Of a stretch of 64,000 nucleotides of DNA, positions 17,851 to 28,083 are shown one piece after another (position 1 is the stretch's first letter; the number at the start of each line of letters is the position of its first letter). A program made the position numbers and the translations under genes. Below the pieces are notes generated by a model. That model was not told the origin of the DNA, made no database searches, and worked only from the letters and a program-made list of their open reading frames with translations. The stretch comes from an uncultured Bacteroidaceae bacterium (GTDB taxonomy: Bacteria > Bacteroidota > Bacteroidia > Bacteroidales > GCA-2748055): positions 12,138 through 76,137 of the forward strand of contig CAZGKF010000001.1 of NCBI GenBank assembly GCA_964526475.1. Reading direction: 5' to 3'.

Positions 17851-19068
17851 ATGAAAATTACATACTTTATCATAATAGGGGTTTTGTTTATGCTGGTTCC
17901 GGCAAACATCAAAGCCCAAAAAATTGAGTTCACCGAAATAAAAAATGAGGATGACTGGACAGATCTTTTAAACAAGGCTGAAGCCCTTAACAAACCTGTT
18001 TTTCTTGATATATATGCCACATGGTGTGGACCTTGCAAGCAAATGGATAATCTTGTTTTCACGAATTCTGAGGTAGCATCTTTTTATAACGAAAACTTTA
18101 TTAATTCCAGGATAGACGGGGAATCAGAATTTGGTATTGTACTTGCCGGGGAATTTGGCTTAAGGGGGTACCCAACTATGTATTACCTTGCTTCAGACAG
18201 CTTCATCTTTTCCAATCTTGTTGGATTTCGAACGGCCGATTTTTTCCTGGAATATGGAAAAAAAGTTGATCAGAACAAAACCCGTCTGAGGGAATTTGCC
18301 ATAGCTTTCGATACCGGAAATCTTCGCGGTGAGAAGGTAAAGGAGTATCTTGAATTACTGACGGACCTGGATGTAAAAGAAAAACTCACCCAGCTGGCAG
18401 AACTCTATATTAACACTCTGAATGAAGAAGATCTCAGTGATCCGGAAAATAAAGGTCTCATACTTAACTCTAATCTGACATTTGAAAGTGAGATTTTCAG
18501 TATAATTATAGAAAAGCCCGATACATATTCCGAAATTTGGGGGGAAGAAGAATTTCAGAATTTCCTGGAAAAGGTTTTCCAGGAAGCCCTCTTCAGAGCA
18601 GCTTCAAATGAGGATACCTTATTAAGAGAACGCCTGGGTGATGAATTAATGGCTGTGTATTTCAGGAAAGATCCTGAAACTATTGTTTATGGAAAATTTC
18701 TAACCAGGAAGCTTTATCATGCCGTATCCTCCAATTGGGACGCATACGCCGGGGAAGTGGAAAGTTATTATTCCAATGAAAGATCAGGCGATATTGAATT
18801 CCTCATCCAGGAAGTTTACCAGGTTCTTCGCAACCAGTATTCAAGCGAGGAACTGCTTTCCTCTGCCTCCGGCTGGATTGATATAGTACTTAAAAAACAG
18901 GAGAGTTTTGAGCCATACTATCTGGGAGCTATTGTCAAAATTTATTTGGAGAAGTATGAAGAAGCGGAAAAAATGATTTCTGAAGCAGAAAAACTCGCGA
19001 GCGATGATGAGGCTAATAAACTTTTTGAGTTAAAGAATTACCTTTCAGAAATAAGAAAAGACGAATAA
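17851..19068 (+). CDS. Secreted thioredoxin-fold protein with a helical C-terminal extension
   Basis: Signal peptide, then the FLDIYATWCGPCKQM CxxC motif. Confidence 0.8.
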   Translation: MKITYFIIIGVLFMLVPANIKAQKIEFTEIKNEDDWTDLLNKAEALNKPVFLDIYATWCGPCKQMDNLVFTNSEVASFYNENFINSRIDGESEFGIVLAGEFGLRGYPTMYYLASDSFIFSNLVGFRTADFFLEYGKKVDQNKTRLREFAIAFDTGNLRGEKVKEYLELLTDLDVKEKLTQLAELYINTLNEEDLSDPENKGLILNSNLTFESEIFSIIIEKPDTYSEIWGEEEFQNFLEKVFQEALFRAASNEDTLLRERLGDELMAVYFRKDPETIVYGKFLTRKLYHAVSSNWDAYAGEVESYYSNERSGDIEFLIQEVYQVLRNQYSSEELLSSASGWIDIVLKKQESFEPYYLGAIVKIYLEKYEEAEKMISEAEKLASDDEANKLFELKNYLSEIRKDE

Positions 19069-19086
19069 AATCCCGGACAGGAATAC

Positions 19087-19767
19087 TTACAGTTTTCTCC
19101 TGACAAGTTCCTCCAATTTATCAGATTCATAAACAACAGGTGCATTCACCATGTTTGCAAGGTGTATCATTGCTTTGGCAACTGTTTCAGCTTTTATAGG
19201 TTTATATCTGCTTAGTCGCCCTTTAAAGACAAAATTTATGCATGATGTAAGAAACTTTGCAATTTCCTCCCCTTTTCGTATTTCGCCCCTTTTACCCAGA
19301 AGAAGGGATGGACGAAGAATAGAAACTTGTCCGAACTGAAGAGCTGATACCATTTCTTCCATTTTACCCTTTGTTCTGAGATAAAAATTAGTGGACTTCG
19401 GGCTGGCTCCAATGGAAGATATTACAATGAACTTATTTACTCCTTTCTTACTTGCAATGCGGGCTATTTCAACCGGCAGATGCAGATCAATCCTTTCAAA
19501 TTCCTTCCTTGATCCGGCTTTTTTCATTGTTGTTCCCAGGCAGCAGAAAAGATCATCGCCTGCAATTTCATCAGCAAACTCTTCAGGTAAAAGAAGATTA
19601 TTTACAATCACTTTTAATTTAGGGTGTTCTTTCTCAGGTATCCGACGGGTGAACACTTTCACCTCATTGTAACGTTCGTCAACTAAAAGCAGATTTGTAA
19701 GAATGCTTCCAATGAGGCCTGTATTGCCGAATACAATTGCTGTTTTACCCCTGGTTTTGAGTGTCAT
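19087..19767 (-). CDS. NAD(P)H-binding oxidoreductase (atypical SDR)
   Basis: AIVFGNTGLIGS Rossmann motif in a 226-aa protein. Confidence 0.75.
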   Translation of the reverse strand: MTLKTRGKTAIVFGNTGLIGSILTNLLLVDERYNEVKVFTRRIPEKEHPKLKVIVNNLLLPEEFADEIAGDDLFCCLGTTMKKAGSRKEFERIDLHLPVEIARIASKKGVNKFIVISSIGASPKSTNFYLRTKGKMEEMVSALQFGQVSILRPSLLLGKRGEIRKGEEIAKFLTSCINFVFKGRLSRYKPIKAETVAKAMIHLANMVNAPVVYESDKLEELVRRKL

Positions 19768-20059
19768 ATTTTTTTGTTTTTCTTAGATCAAGGCCTGCCA
19801 GTCCGGCAGCTCCCGATTCACAGGTTTTAATTGAATGATCGTTCCCGGGAGGATTGTTTAGCAGTTTAATTGCTTTTTTAGCCCGGATATCCGGAATTGA
19901 GAAAAATACATTTACTGTATGACTGAGAACTTCCCATGCAAGTAAGGATGGACTTCCACAATTCAAACCGGCCATGATAGTTTTACGGGATTTCATGGTT
20001 TTCGTCAACCGGTTTTTCATGGCCGATTCAAGCAAACAATATGATTCGAAAGGTTCCAC
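19745..20059 (-). pseudogene. Internal/C-terminal remnant of a PLP-dependent beta-family lyase (diaminopropionate ammonia-lyase-like)
   Basis: TIMAGLNCGSPS..LAWEVL...CESGAAGLAGL resembles the distal third of those roughly 400-aa enzymes. It is wedged between the sucB stop codon and the next gene, which it overlaps. The N-terminal two thirds are absent. Confidence 0.45.
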
Positions 20060-20061
20060 AA

Positions 20062-21363
20062 CTATAATTGCAAGGGATTTTCCAGCAATTCTTTCATCTT
20101 CACAAGAAAACCTACGGAATCTTTTCCGTCAATTACCCTGTGATCATATGAAAGTGCCAGATACATCATGGGTTTGACTACTACCACCCCTTCCCTGGCT
20201 ACCGGCCGTTCAATAATATTATGCATTCCAAGAATAGCGGCCTGAGGAGGGTTGAGAACAGGGGTTGATAACATAGAGCCGAAAACTCCCCCGTTGGAAA
20301 TGGTGAAAGTGCCACCTTTCATTTCTTCTATACTGATCCTGTTATTCCTGGCTTTCTCAGCAAGAGAAGCTATTTCTCTTTCAATATCTGCAATGCTCAT
20401 GATACCGGCATTTCTGATTACCGGTACCATTAATCCTTTTTCGGCCTGTACAGCTATACCTATATCACAATATTCCGGAGTGATGATCTCCTCCCCTTCT
20501 ATCCTGCTGTTAACAGCAGGAAATAGTCTCAGGGCTATAGCAGATGCTTTTGTAAAAAACGACATGAAACCCAGTTTTATACCATGAGTTTTCATAAACT
20601 GATCCTGGTATTTTTTTCTGAGAGATATGACGTTGCTCATATCAGCCTCATTAAAAGTTGTAAGCATAGCTGTTTCATTCTTAACAGCTACAAGGCGTTC
20701 GCTGAGCTTTCGCCGGAGAGCACTCATACGTGAACGGGTTTCGTTCCTGTTTATCTCTGTAGAAATATCTATCCGAAGAATATCAGGCAAGCCGGTATCT
20801 GTAACCCTCCTGATATCTTCACTGGTAATTTTTCTTAATCCTTTAATAACATCTTCAACAGAAAGATTGTGAGCTGTCATCATTTCTTTTGCAACAGGTG
20901 TTATCCTGACCTTTTTGTATTCATTAGTTAAATGAGAACCGGTAATTTCATCTTTTTTCTTTGTAAATGATGAATCCACTTTTTCAATTTCTCTTTTATT
21001 ATTTTCCTTATCTGATTTTGCTTCTTCCACATTCACTGTTTTAACAGGCTCAGCAGTTGCCGGAGCAAAACCTGAAGAACTGATTTTTCCGGTTTCAGAA
21101 GTTGAATCTTTTTTTACTTCACCTGCTTTTGTGGTGTCAATGGTACAAATAACCTCCCCAACGGGGACAGATTCTCCAACCTGCCACAGAATACTTATCT
21201 GCCCTGATTCGTCTGCAACAAGCGACAAAGTAGCTTTTTCCGACTCGATCTCTGCAATTTCCTGGTCCCGCGCAACTATGTCGCCATCTTTAACAAACCA
21301 TACAGCAATCTCAACTTCAGAAATAGATTCTCCGGGACTGGGAGCTTTGATTTCCTTTATCAT
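20062..21363 (-). CDS. sucB: Dihydrolipoyllysine-residue succinyltransferase (2-oxoglutarate dehydrogenase E2)
   Basis: N-terminal lipoyl domain (EIESEKA), an E3-binding segment, and a C-terminal catalytic DHRVIDG. Confidence 0.95.
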   Translation of the reverse strand: MIKEIKAPSPGESISEVEIAVWFVKDGDIVARDQEIAEIESEKATLSLVADESGQISILWQVGESVPVGEVICTIDTTKAGEVKKDSTSETGKISSSGFAPATAEPVKTVNVEEAKSDKENNKREIEKVDSSFTKKKDEITGSHLTNEYKKVRITPVAKEMMTAHNLSVEDVIKGLRKITSEDIRRVTDTGLPDILRIDISTEINRNETRSRMSALRRKLSERLVAVKNETAMLTTFNEADMSNVISLRKKYQDQFMKTHGIKLGFMSFFTKASAIALRLFPAVNSRIEGEEIITPEYCDIGIAVQAEKGLMVPVIRNAGIMSIADIEREIASLAEKARNNRISIEEMKGGTFTISNGGVFGSMLSTPVLNPPQAAILGMHNIIERPVAREGVVVVKPMMYLALSYDHRVIDGKDSVGFLVKMKELLENPLQL

Positions 21364-24182
21364 AATTTTTTCTTTTTATTATCAAAATAAAAATGCTGTT
21401 TTAAAACTTCTTTTCTTGAACTCCCTACTACACAATGAAGTCCGCAATATTTATTCTTTAATTCACAGTCACATCTTCTGAATACCTTTTCAATGATTTC
21501 TTTTTGCTGCAGATTATGAATCTTAAGTAATCCAACTGCAGGGCTTCCGCTTGGTTGACGGGTAACCGGGATGATATGATATTTTCTCATAAAATTCTGA
21601 ATATAATACCATGCTCCCATATTTTCAGGTTCCTCCTGAACCCATAAGACAAGAAGATTGTTTTTGTATTTCTTCAGAATTTTATCAACATTTTGTTCCG
21701 GGAAAGGATGTAACTGTTCAATCCTCACGAGAGCTATATCTCTTGCATTAAAAAAGTTTTTTGATTCCAGAAGGTCATAATAAACTTTTCCTGAACAGAA
21801 AACCACTCTTCTTACTTCCCCTACATCCACATCTTCATCATCAATAAGATCCTTGTAAGTCCCCATTTCCAGATCATCAAGGGAAGATATGCAAGCTGGA
21901 TGGCGGAGGAGTGATTTAGGTGTAAATATTATTAAGGGGACCCTGAAATTTCTTTTCATGAGATGCCTCAGAAGGTGAAAAAAATTTGCAGGAGTCGAGG
22001 GATTAACAACCTGCATATTTTCATTTGCTGAAAGATTAAGAAAACGTTCGATACGTGCTGACGAATGCTCTGGCCCCTGACCTTCAAAACCATGAGGCAG
22101 AAATAAAACCAGGCCGTTCATTAATCCCCATTTTTCTTCTGCAGAACTTATATATTGATCAATAACAACCTGGGCTACATTAACAAAATCGCCAAATTGC
22201 GCTTCCCAGATTGTTAAAGAATTTGGAGCAGCAAGAGCATAACCATATTCAAACCCCAGAACTCCATATTCAGATAACGGAGAATTATATATATCAAAGG
22301 ATGCCTGATCATCTGAAATATGTTTAAGAGGAATATACTGCTGGTCAGTATCTTCAATAACAATACCTGCATGCCGGTGCGAAAAGGTTCCTCTAATACT
22401 GTCCTGCCCGCTTATCCTTATCGGAAACCCTTCTGTTAGGAGGGTTGCATACGCAAGAAGTTCCGCAATTGCCCAGTCAACCTTATTTTCCTCAACCATC
22501 TTATTTCTTTCATCCATTAAACGGATTATCTTTTTGAAGAATTTTTTCTCTTCAGGCAAACTGTTAATTTTTCTCACCAGTTTCTTCAAGTGCTTTTTCT
22601 CCACTGCAGTTTGAACAGGTTTAAAGAAATCTGTTGTTTCGGAATACTTAAACCCCTTCCATTCATTTTTCAGGAATTGACTTATGTTTACCTTTTTTAT
22701 CTGATTTGCTTTTTCCAACTTCTGCTCAAGGAATTCATTATACATTTTTTCCGATTCATTAAGTTCACCTCTGCTTAAAATCCCTTCCTTTTCAAGCTTA
22801 TTTCCATAAATAAACCCGGGGTCAGGATGGTTTGCAATAGCTTTATAGAGAAGAGGCTGGGTAAACCGGGGTTCATCACCTTCATTATGACCATATTTCC
22901 TGTAAGAAAGAATGTCGATAAAAACATCGGAATGAAAAGTCTGACGATACTTGACAGCTAAAATTATTGTTTGCACCAGAGCTTCAACATCATCTCCATT
23001 TACATGAAAAATTGGTGATTTTGTAACTTTAGCAATATCAGTACAATAAGTACTGGAACGGGCATCAAGATAATTGGTTGTAAATCCGATCTGATTATTT
23101 ATAACAAGATGAATAGTCCCACCCGTCAGATATCCGGGTAGTTCCGACATCTGGATAACTTCATATACTACTCCCTGACTGGCTATTGCAGCATCACCAT
23201 GAATCAGAACAGGTACCAGTTTTTTAATATCTCCATTGTAGACATTATTTATGCGTGCTCTGACGATTCCCTGAATAACAGGACTCACAGCTTCGAGATG
23301 TGAAGGATTTGGTGCAAGGTTTAGTTTTACTGCTTTACCTGAGCTTGTTTTTATTGTACTTCCATAACCAAGATGGTATTTAACATCTCCAAGTGATATC
23401 CCTTCATCATACGCATCGCCGTCAAACTCTTTAAAAATCTTTTCATGTGGTTTTTGAAGTACATTTGCAAGCACATTCAGTCTCCCTCTGTGAGCCATTC
23501 CAATAGTAAACTCTTCTGCGCCAAAATCCGAGCCGGTCTCAATTAAAGAGTTTAATGCAGGTATGAGAGTTTCAGCGCCTTCAAGTGAAAACCTCTTCTG
23601 TCCGGCAAACTTTCTGTGAATAAATTTTTCAAAAACAACAGCATTACGGATGTATAGATATAACTCCTTTTTTTCTTCCTGTGTGAAAATTTTTATGTTC
23701 CGGCTATTTTCTAAATGGTCTTTGAGCCAGGCTATTTTTCGCAAATTTCTTATAAACATGAATTCCGACCCGATGGATTCGCAATAAGTCTTTTTCAGGA
23801 ATTCAACAATTCTTCCAAGGTTTGTTTTGCCAAGGCCGATATCAGTTCCTGCGTGAAATTCAGTCGCAAGATCCTTATCAGAAAGCCCATAATTATCAAT
23901 ATCAAGAGTTGGGGAATATTTTCTCCTCGTTCTAACAGGATTGGTTTCGGTAAATAAATGGCCCCGTTTTCGATATGCATCAATAAGATTTAATACTTTA
24001 AACTCTTTATCAAAAACCTCAGAGGGGATCTCATTTGAACTATAATTTTCCAAAGCAAAGTCAAATCCCTCAAAGAATTTTCTCCATGTTAAATCTAAAG
24101 AATCAGGATTCTCTTTGTATTCACGATATAAATCTTCAATAACCTTTATCTCACTATTTCCCAGGTATGATAGCTTGCTCAT
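21360..24182 (-). CDS. sucA: 2-oxoglutarate dehydrogenase E1 component
   Basis: 940 aa with [16 protein letters not shown] and [21 protein letters not shown]. It overlaps sucB by 4 nt. Confidence 0.95.
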   Translation of the reverse strand: MSKLSYLGNSEIKVIEDLYREYKENPDSLDLTWRKFFEGFDFALENYSSNEIPSEVFDKEFKVLNLIDAYRKRGHLFTETNPVRTRRKYSPTLDIDNYGLSDKDLATEFHAGTDIGLGKTNLGRIVEFLKKTYCESIGSEFMFIRNLRKIAWLKDHLENSRNIKIFTQEEKKELYLYIRNAVVFEKFIHRKFAGQKRFSLEGAETLIPALNSLIETGSDFGAEEFTIGMAHRGRLNVLANVLQKPHEKIFKEFDGDAYDEGISLGDVKYHLGYGSTIKTSSGKAVKLNLAPNPSHLEAVSPVIQGIVRARINNVYNGDIKKLVPVLIHGDAAIASQGVVYEVIQMSELPGYLTGGTIHLVINNQIGFTTNYLDARSSTYCTDIAKVTKSPIFHVNGDDVEALVQTIILAVKYRQTFHSDVFIDILSYRKYGHNEGDEPRFTQPLLYKAIANHPDPGFIYGNKLEKEGILSRGELNESEKMYNEFLEQKLEKANQIKKVNISQFLKNEWKGFKYSETTDFFKPVQTAVEKKHLKKLVRKINSLPEEKKFFKKIIRLMDERNKMVEENKVDWAIAELLAYATLLTEGFPIRISGQDSIRGTFSHRHAGIVIEDTDQQYIPLKHISDDQASFDIYNSPLSEYGVLGFEYGYALAAPNSLTIWEAQFGDFVNVAQVVIDQYISSAEEKWGLMNGLVLFLPHGFEGQGPEHSSARIERFLNLSANENMQVVNPSTPANFFHLLRHLMKRNFRVPLIIFTPKSLLRHPACISSLDDLEMGTYKDLIDDEDVDVGEVRRVVFCSGKVYYDLLESKNFFNARDIALVRIEQLHPFPEQNVDKILKKYKNNLLVLWVQEEPENMGAWYYIQNFMRKYHIIPVTRQPSGSPAVGLLKIHNLQQKEIIEKVFRRCDCELKNKYCGLHCVVGSSRKEVLKQHFYFDNKKKKL

Positions 24183-24514
24183 ATGGAATATATTACCTTC
24201 AATTCAGATGTAAAAATATAAATGTATTTAAATAAATTTCAGAATAATCATTCAGATAAAAAAAGTTCAGAAATATGCGTTTAAAATTACATAAACATTT
24301 TGATAAACTTTAATTAAACAAGGTTTAAGCCGCTTTTGTTTAATCTTCGTTAAAAACCGATTAGACCTTATGAATGGTGAATAAAGAAAAAATACAGTTG
24401 AAGGGCTTGTTCGATAAAAAATGATTTGTTTAAACCGCACAAGCGGTTTTTTTAACTTAATTTTACAGAATTATTCATTACTGAAATAATGAACATGAAA
24501 AAATTAATAATTAC

Positions 24515-24963
24515 ATGGGAAAAAAATAATATTACTATTTGGGTTTTCAGGTATATTGAATATTTCATTCTCACAGGAATTTGCTGAAATTATATTATTT
24601 AATGGTGATACCATAAAAGAACAATTAATTAGCAGAAAAATCAAATACTCGAAAGACAGTATATTCCTACATTTCAACCCATTCAAAAGGTATGCCTGCC
24701 CGGATGAGATTACCAGGCTTAAAACTACAGATCTTCATCTCATATCAGCAAAAATTATCTCACGAAATAATGATATTGTTGCAGAGTTCATTGAACCTCT
24801 GATAGCTGGTTTCATCAGTCTTTATCAGAGTTATGACAGTAATGGTAAAAAATTGTTCTATTTACAAAAAGAAGATTCCTTCATTTATCATATACCGGAT
24901 AAATTCTTTAAAGGATATATTCTTTTATTTTTTTTTTCTATTTTTGCACTTTCAAAATTTTAA
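24515..24963 (+). pseudogene. Small secreted protein gene whose ATG and signal peptide are out of frame because of an A7 tract
   Basis: ATG 24515 (ATG GGA AAA AAA TAA) stops after 4 codons. With one extra A in the run 24520-24526 it would read MGKKIILLFGFSGILNISFSQEFAEI..., continuous with the 24556-24963 ORF. Confidence 0.4.
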
Positions 24964-24976
24964 AAATCACTCTTTT

Positions 24977-26107
24977 ATGAAAATCGGTATCCTGAAAGAA
25001 TCACGGGAAGAAAACAGAGTTGCACTTTTGCCTGACTCTGTTACTTCTCTTATTAAAGCAAAAGTAAAGATATTGGTTGAAACCGGTGCGGGCATGTCAT
25101 CCTTTGCTTCTGATAATGAGTATAAGGAGGTTGGAGCTGAAATTTTATCTAGGGAGAAAGTTATTGAAAATTCTGATTTACTTGTTAATATCCATCCACC
25201 TGATAGTACTTCTCTGGGCAAAATGAAGTCTGGAAAGGTTCTGCTGGCTGTCATTAACCCTTTTATGAATACAGAAATCGTAAAAGAACTGGCATCAAAG
25301 GGCATCACCTCGTTCAGTCTTGATATAATTCCAAGAACCACCAGGGCGCAGTCGATGGATATTCTATCTTCACAAGCAACTGTTTCAGGATATAAAGCTG
25401 TAATTGATGCTGCTGCAAGGTTTAGCGGGTTTTTCCCCATGCTTATGACAGCTGCGGGAACTATAAAACCTGCCAAAGTTCTTATTTTGGGTGCCGGGGT
25501 AGCAGGTCTGCAGGCAATTGCCACTTCCCGGAAACTGGGAGCCGTAGTGGAAGCCTTCGATGTCAGAACAGCTGCAAAAGAGGAGGTTTTAAGCCTCGGG
25601 GCAAAATTCATTGAAGTGGAAGGAGCTGTTGATGATAAATCAGCCGGAGGTTATGCAGTTGAACAAACAAATGAATTTAAAAAGAAGCAGCAGAATGTTA
25701 TCCAGGAGCATGCCGGTAAGGCTGATATAATTATCTGTACAGCGCAGATACCTGGGAGAAAGGCTCCCCTTCTCATCCTCAAAAAGACCGTTGAAGCCAT
25801 GCAAAGCGGATCAGTAATTATTGATCTGGCAGCTTCTACAGGCGGAAATTGCGAACTTACAAAAGATAATGAAGTAGTAATACACAATCAGGTTACTATT
25901 GTGGGTAATTCTAACTATCCTTCAGAAATGCCAACAGATGCCAGCCAGATGTTTGGTAGAAATGTCCTGAATTTCCTTAAACTTATTATTGACGATGAAG
26001 GAAATCTGAACCTTAACTTCGAAGATGACATTGTTCAGGGTACCTGCCTTACTCATAATAAAGAAATAGTTCATCAAAAAGTCAAAGAAACTATTAATCC
26101 ATCATAA
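24977..26107 (+). CDS. pntA: NAD(P) transhydrogenase subunit alpha part 1
   Basis: MKIGILKESREENRVALLPD and the LGAGVAGLQAIATSRKLGA Rossmann motif. The ORF-track start at 24833 is an upstream extension. Confidence 0.9.
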   Translation: MKIGILKESREENRVALLPDSVTSLIKAKVKILVETGAGMSSFASDNEYKEVGAEILSREKVIENSDLLVNIHPPDSTSLGKMKSGKVLLAVINPFMNTEIVKELASKGITSFSLDIIPRTTRAQSMDILSSQATVSGYKAVIDAAARFSGFFPMLMTAAGTIKPAKVLILGAGVAGLQAIATSRKLGAVVEAFDVRTAAKEEVLSLGAKFIEVEGAVDDKSAGGYAVEQTNEFKKKQQNVIQEHAGKADIIICTAQIPGRKAPLLILKKTVEAMQSGSVIIDLAASTGGNCELTKDNEVVIHNQVTIVGNSNYPSEMPTDASQMFGRNVLNFLKLIIDDEGNLNLNFEDDIVQGTCLTHNKEIVHQKVKETINPS

Positions 26108-26117
26108 ACATGAAAAA

Positions 26118-26426
26118 ATGGAACAAATATTAAGCTTTTTCTGGGAAAACAAAGATGCGATATTCATTATCGTTCTCTCTGTTTTTCTTGGCGTGGAAGT
26201 AATCTCCAACGTCCCCTCAGTTCTTCATACACCTCTTATGTCAGGGGCAAATGCAATCAGTGGGGTAATCATTATCGGTGGCATAATACTGGTAGGACAT
26301 GCCGATTCATTACACGAATGGGTACTGGGTATTTTCTCAGTTCTGCTTGGCACTCTCAATGTGGCAGGTGGATTTGTTGTGACAGACAGGATGCTGGAAA
26401 TGTTTAAAAAAAAGAAAAAAAAGTAA
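26118..26426 (+). CDS. pntA: NAD(P) transhydrogenase subunit alpha part 2 (membrane)
   Basis: 102-aa protein with three TM helices, TPLMSGANAISG. Confidence 0.9.
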   Translation: MEQILSFFWENKDAIFIIVLSVFLGVEVISNVPSVLHTPLMSGANAISGVIIIGGIILVGHADSLHEWVLGIFSVLLGTLNVAGGFVVTDRMLEMFKKKKKK

Positions 26427-26429
26427 GAG

Positions 26430-27851
26430 ATGAATACATTGATAAACCTTTATATACCTTCAACAGGCGAAATTATCCTTGAGTTGAGTTACCTGGTTTC
26501 CGCCATATTTTTTGTGGCAGGGCTGAAACTTCAAAGTCATCCTGATTCAGCCCGCAAAGGAAATCTTTGGGCTGCCTCCGGTATGCTTCTGGCAATGATC
26601 ACTACTCTCATCCTTCATAAAAATGGAGACGGGGAGAATATTTCCCTTTTTAATGCTGTCATTATCGTTATTTCTATTTCATTTGCCGGAATTGTTGGAG
26701 CCGTTATTGCCCGCAAGGTTAAAATGACAGCTATGCCTCAACTGGTTTCATTTTTCAATGCAACAGGCGGAGGTGCATCTGCCCTCGTGGCACTTATTGA
26801 GTTCTCAAATCCGGATAATGAATCCTCCCTAGTCACCTTGCTGGGTTTGATCATTGGAAGTATTGCTTTTAGCGGTAGTTTGATTGCTTACGGAAAACTT
26901 GATGGAAAAATAGGAGATATTTTTGCAGGCTTTATGAAATACCTCAATCTTTTTATGCTTGCTTCTGTGCTTTTCCTTCTGATATTCATGCTTGCCGGTA
27001 ATTTATCTCCTGAAATATTGCAATACCTGGTTTATATTTTACTGGCAGCAAGTCTTATTTACGGAATAACTTTCGTTATGCCTATTGGAGGGGCAGATAT
27101 GCCGGTAGTGATTTCCCTTCTTAATTCTTTTACAGGTATTGCTGCAGCAATGGCCGGATTCATATATAATAACCAGGCAATGATACTTGGGGGAATACTC
27201 GTAGGAGCGGCCGGATCTATTCTTACCCTCCTGATGTGCCGTGCAATGAACCGTTCCCTTATCAATGTGATAATTGGAGCTTTCGGAGGCGGTGGAGCCG
27301 GTATTGACAGGGAAGCAGGAACAATAAAAGAGATATCAGTTAGTGATGCCGCTATACTCCTGAGTTATACACAGAAGGTTGTAATAGTTCCGGGATATGG
27401 TCTCGCAGTAGCCCAGGCTCAACACCTTTGTAATGAACTCGAAAAACTCCTTGAAGAAAAAGGAGTTGAAGTGAAATATGCCATCCATCCCGTTGCAGGA
27501 AGAATGCCCGGGCATATGAATGTATTATTGGCAGAGGCTGATGTTCCTTACGAAAAACTGAAGGAGATGGATGAAATAAATCCCGATATGCCAAATACAG
27601 ATGTAGTTATAGTAATCGGGGCAAATGATGTTGTAAACCCCGCAGCCCTCGATGATACATCCAGTCCTATATACGGTATGCCTATTATCAAAACCCACGA
27701 AGCCAGAAATGTGATCGTCATGAAGCGTGGAATGGGTAAAGGATATGCTGCGATTGAAAACTATCTGTTTTATATGGATCGCACAAGGATGTTATTTGGA
27801 AATGCCAAAGATTCTCTCCAGAAACTGGTTACTGAAATAAAAAGTCTCTAA
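26430..27851 (+). CDS. pntB: NAD(P) transhydrogenase subunit beta
   Basis: Multi-TM N-terminus with a C-terminal dIII domain (VPGYGLAVAQAQH, HPVAGRMPGHMNVLLAEA, GANDVVNP). Confidence 0.95.
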   Translation: MNTLINLYIPSTGEIILELSYLVSAIFFVAGLKLQSHPDSARKGNLWAASGMLLAMITTLILHKNGDGENISLFNAVIIVISISFAGIVGAVIARKVKMTAMPQLVSFFNATGGGASALVALIEFSNPDNESSLVTLLGLIIGSIAFSGSLIAYGKLDGKIGDIFAGFMKYLNLFMLASVLFLLIFMLAGNLSPEILQYLVYILLAASLIYGITFVMPIGGADMPVVISLLNSFTGIAAAMAGFIYNNQAMILGGILVGAAGSILTLLMCRAMNRSLINVIIGAFGGGGAGIDREAGTIKEISVSDAAILLSYTQKVVIVPGYGLAVAQAQHLCNELEKLLEEKGVEVKYAIHPVAGRMPGHMNVLLAEADVPYEKLKEMDEINPDMPNTDVVIVIGANDVVNPAALDDTSSPIYGMPIIKTHEARNVIVMKRGMGKGYAAIENYLFYMDRTRMLFGNAKDSLQKLVTEIKSL

Positions 27852-27857
27852 AAAATC

Positions 27858-27889
27858 AGCCGTTACAAAAAAATGTAACGGCTTTTTTT
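27858..27889 (+). terminator. Rho-independent terminator after pntB
   Basis: AGCCGTTACA-AAAAAA-TGTAACGGCT followed by a T-run. Confidence 0.85.
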
Positions 27890-28083
27890 ATTAACAATCG
27901 TTAAACTCATAATTTACTGAAAAACTGTGATTTGGAATATTATTTTAGTAGCTTGCATGCAACCTTTTAGAATAAATATGCGTATTAATATGTAACTTTC
28001 AGAAACTAAATATCAGTTTGTTCAGTATTTTGCTCTGAACTATTTGATAGTTAAAGAGAACCGGAGATTAATCGGACACAGGA

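Noticed and set aside
21360-21480. Cys-containing ~40-aa C-terminal tail of SucA ([16 protein letters not shown]...), considered as a possible metal-binding extension.
   Set aside because: It looks like read-through of what is normally the sucA-sucB spacer, ending in a 4-nt overlap. The sequence is low-complexity and lysine-rich. Without homologue alignments I cannot support a function.
24833-24976. Long N-terminal extension of the pntA ORF (start at 24833), which overlaps the 24556-24963 ORF.
   Set aside because: The conserved transhydrogenase N-terminus MKIGILKESREENRVAL begins at ATG 24977. The extension is AT-rich, promoter-like sequence.
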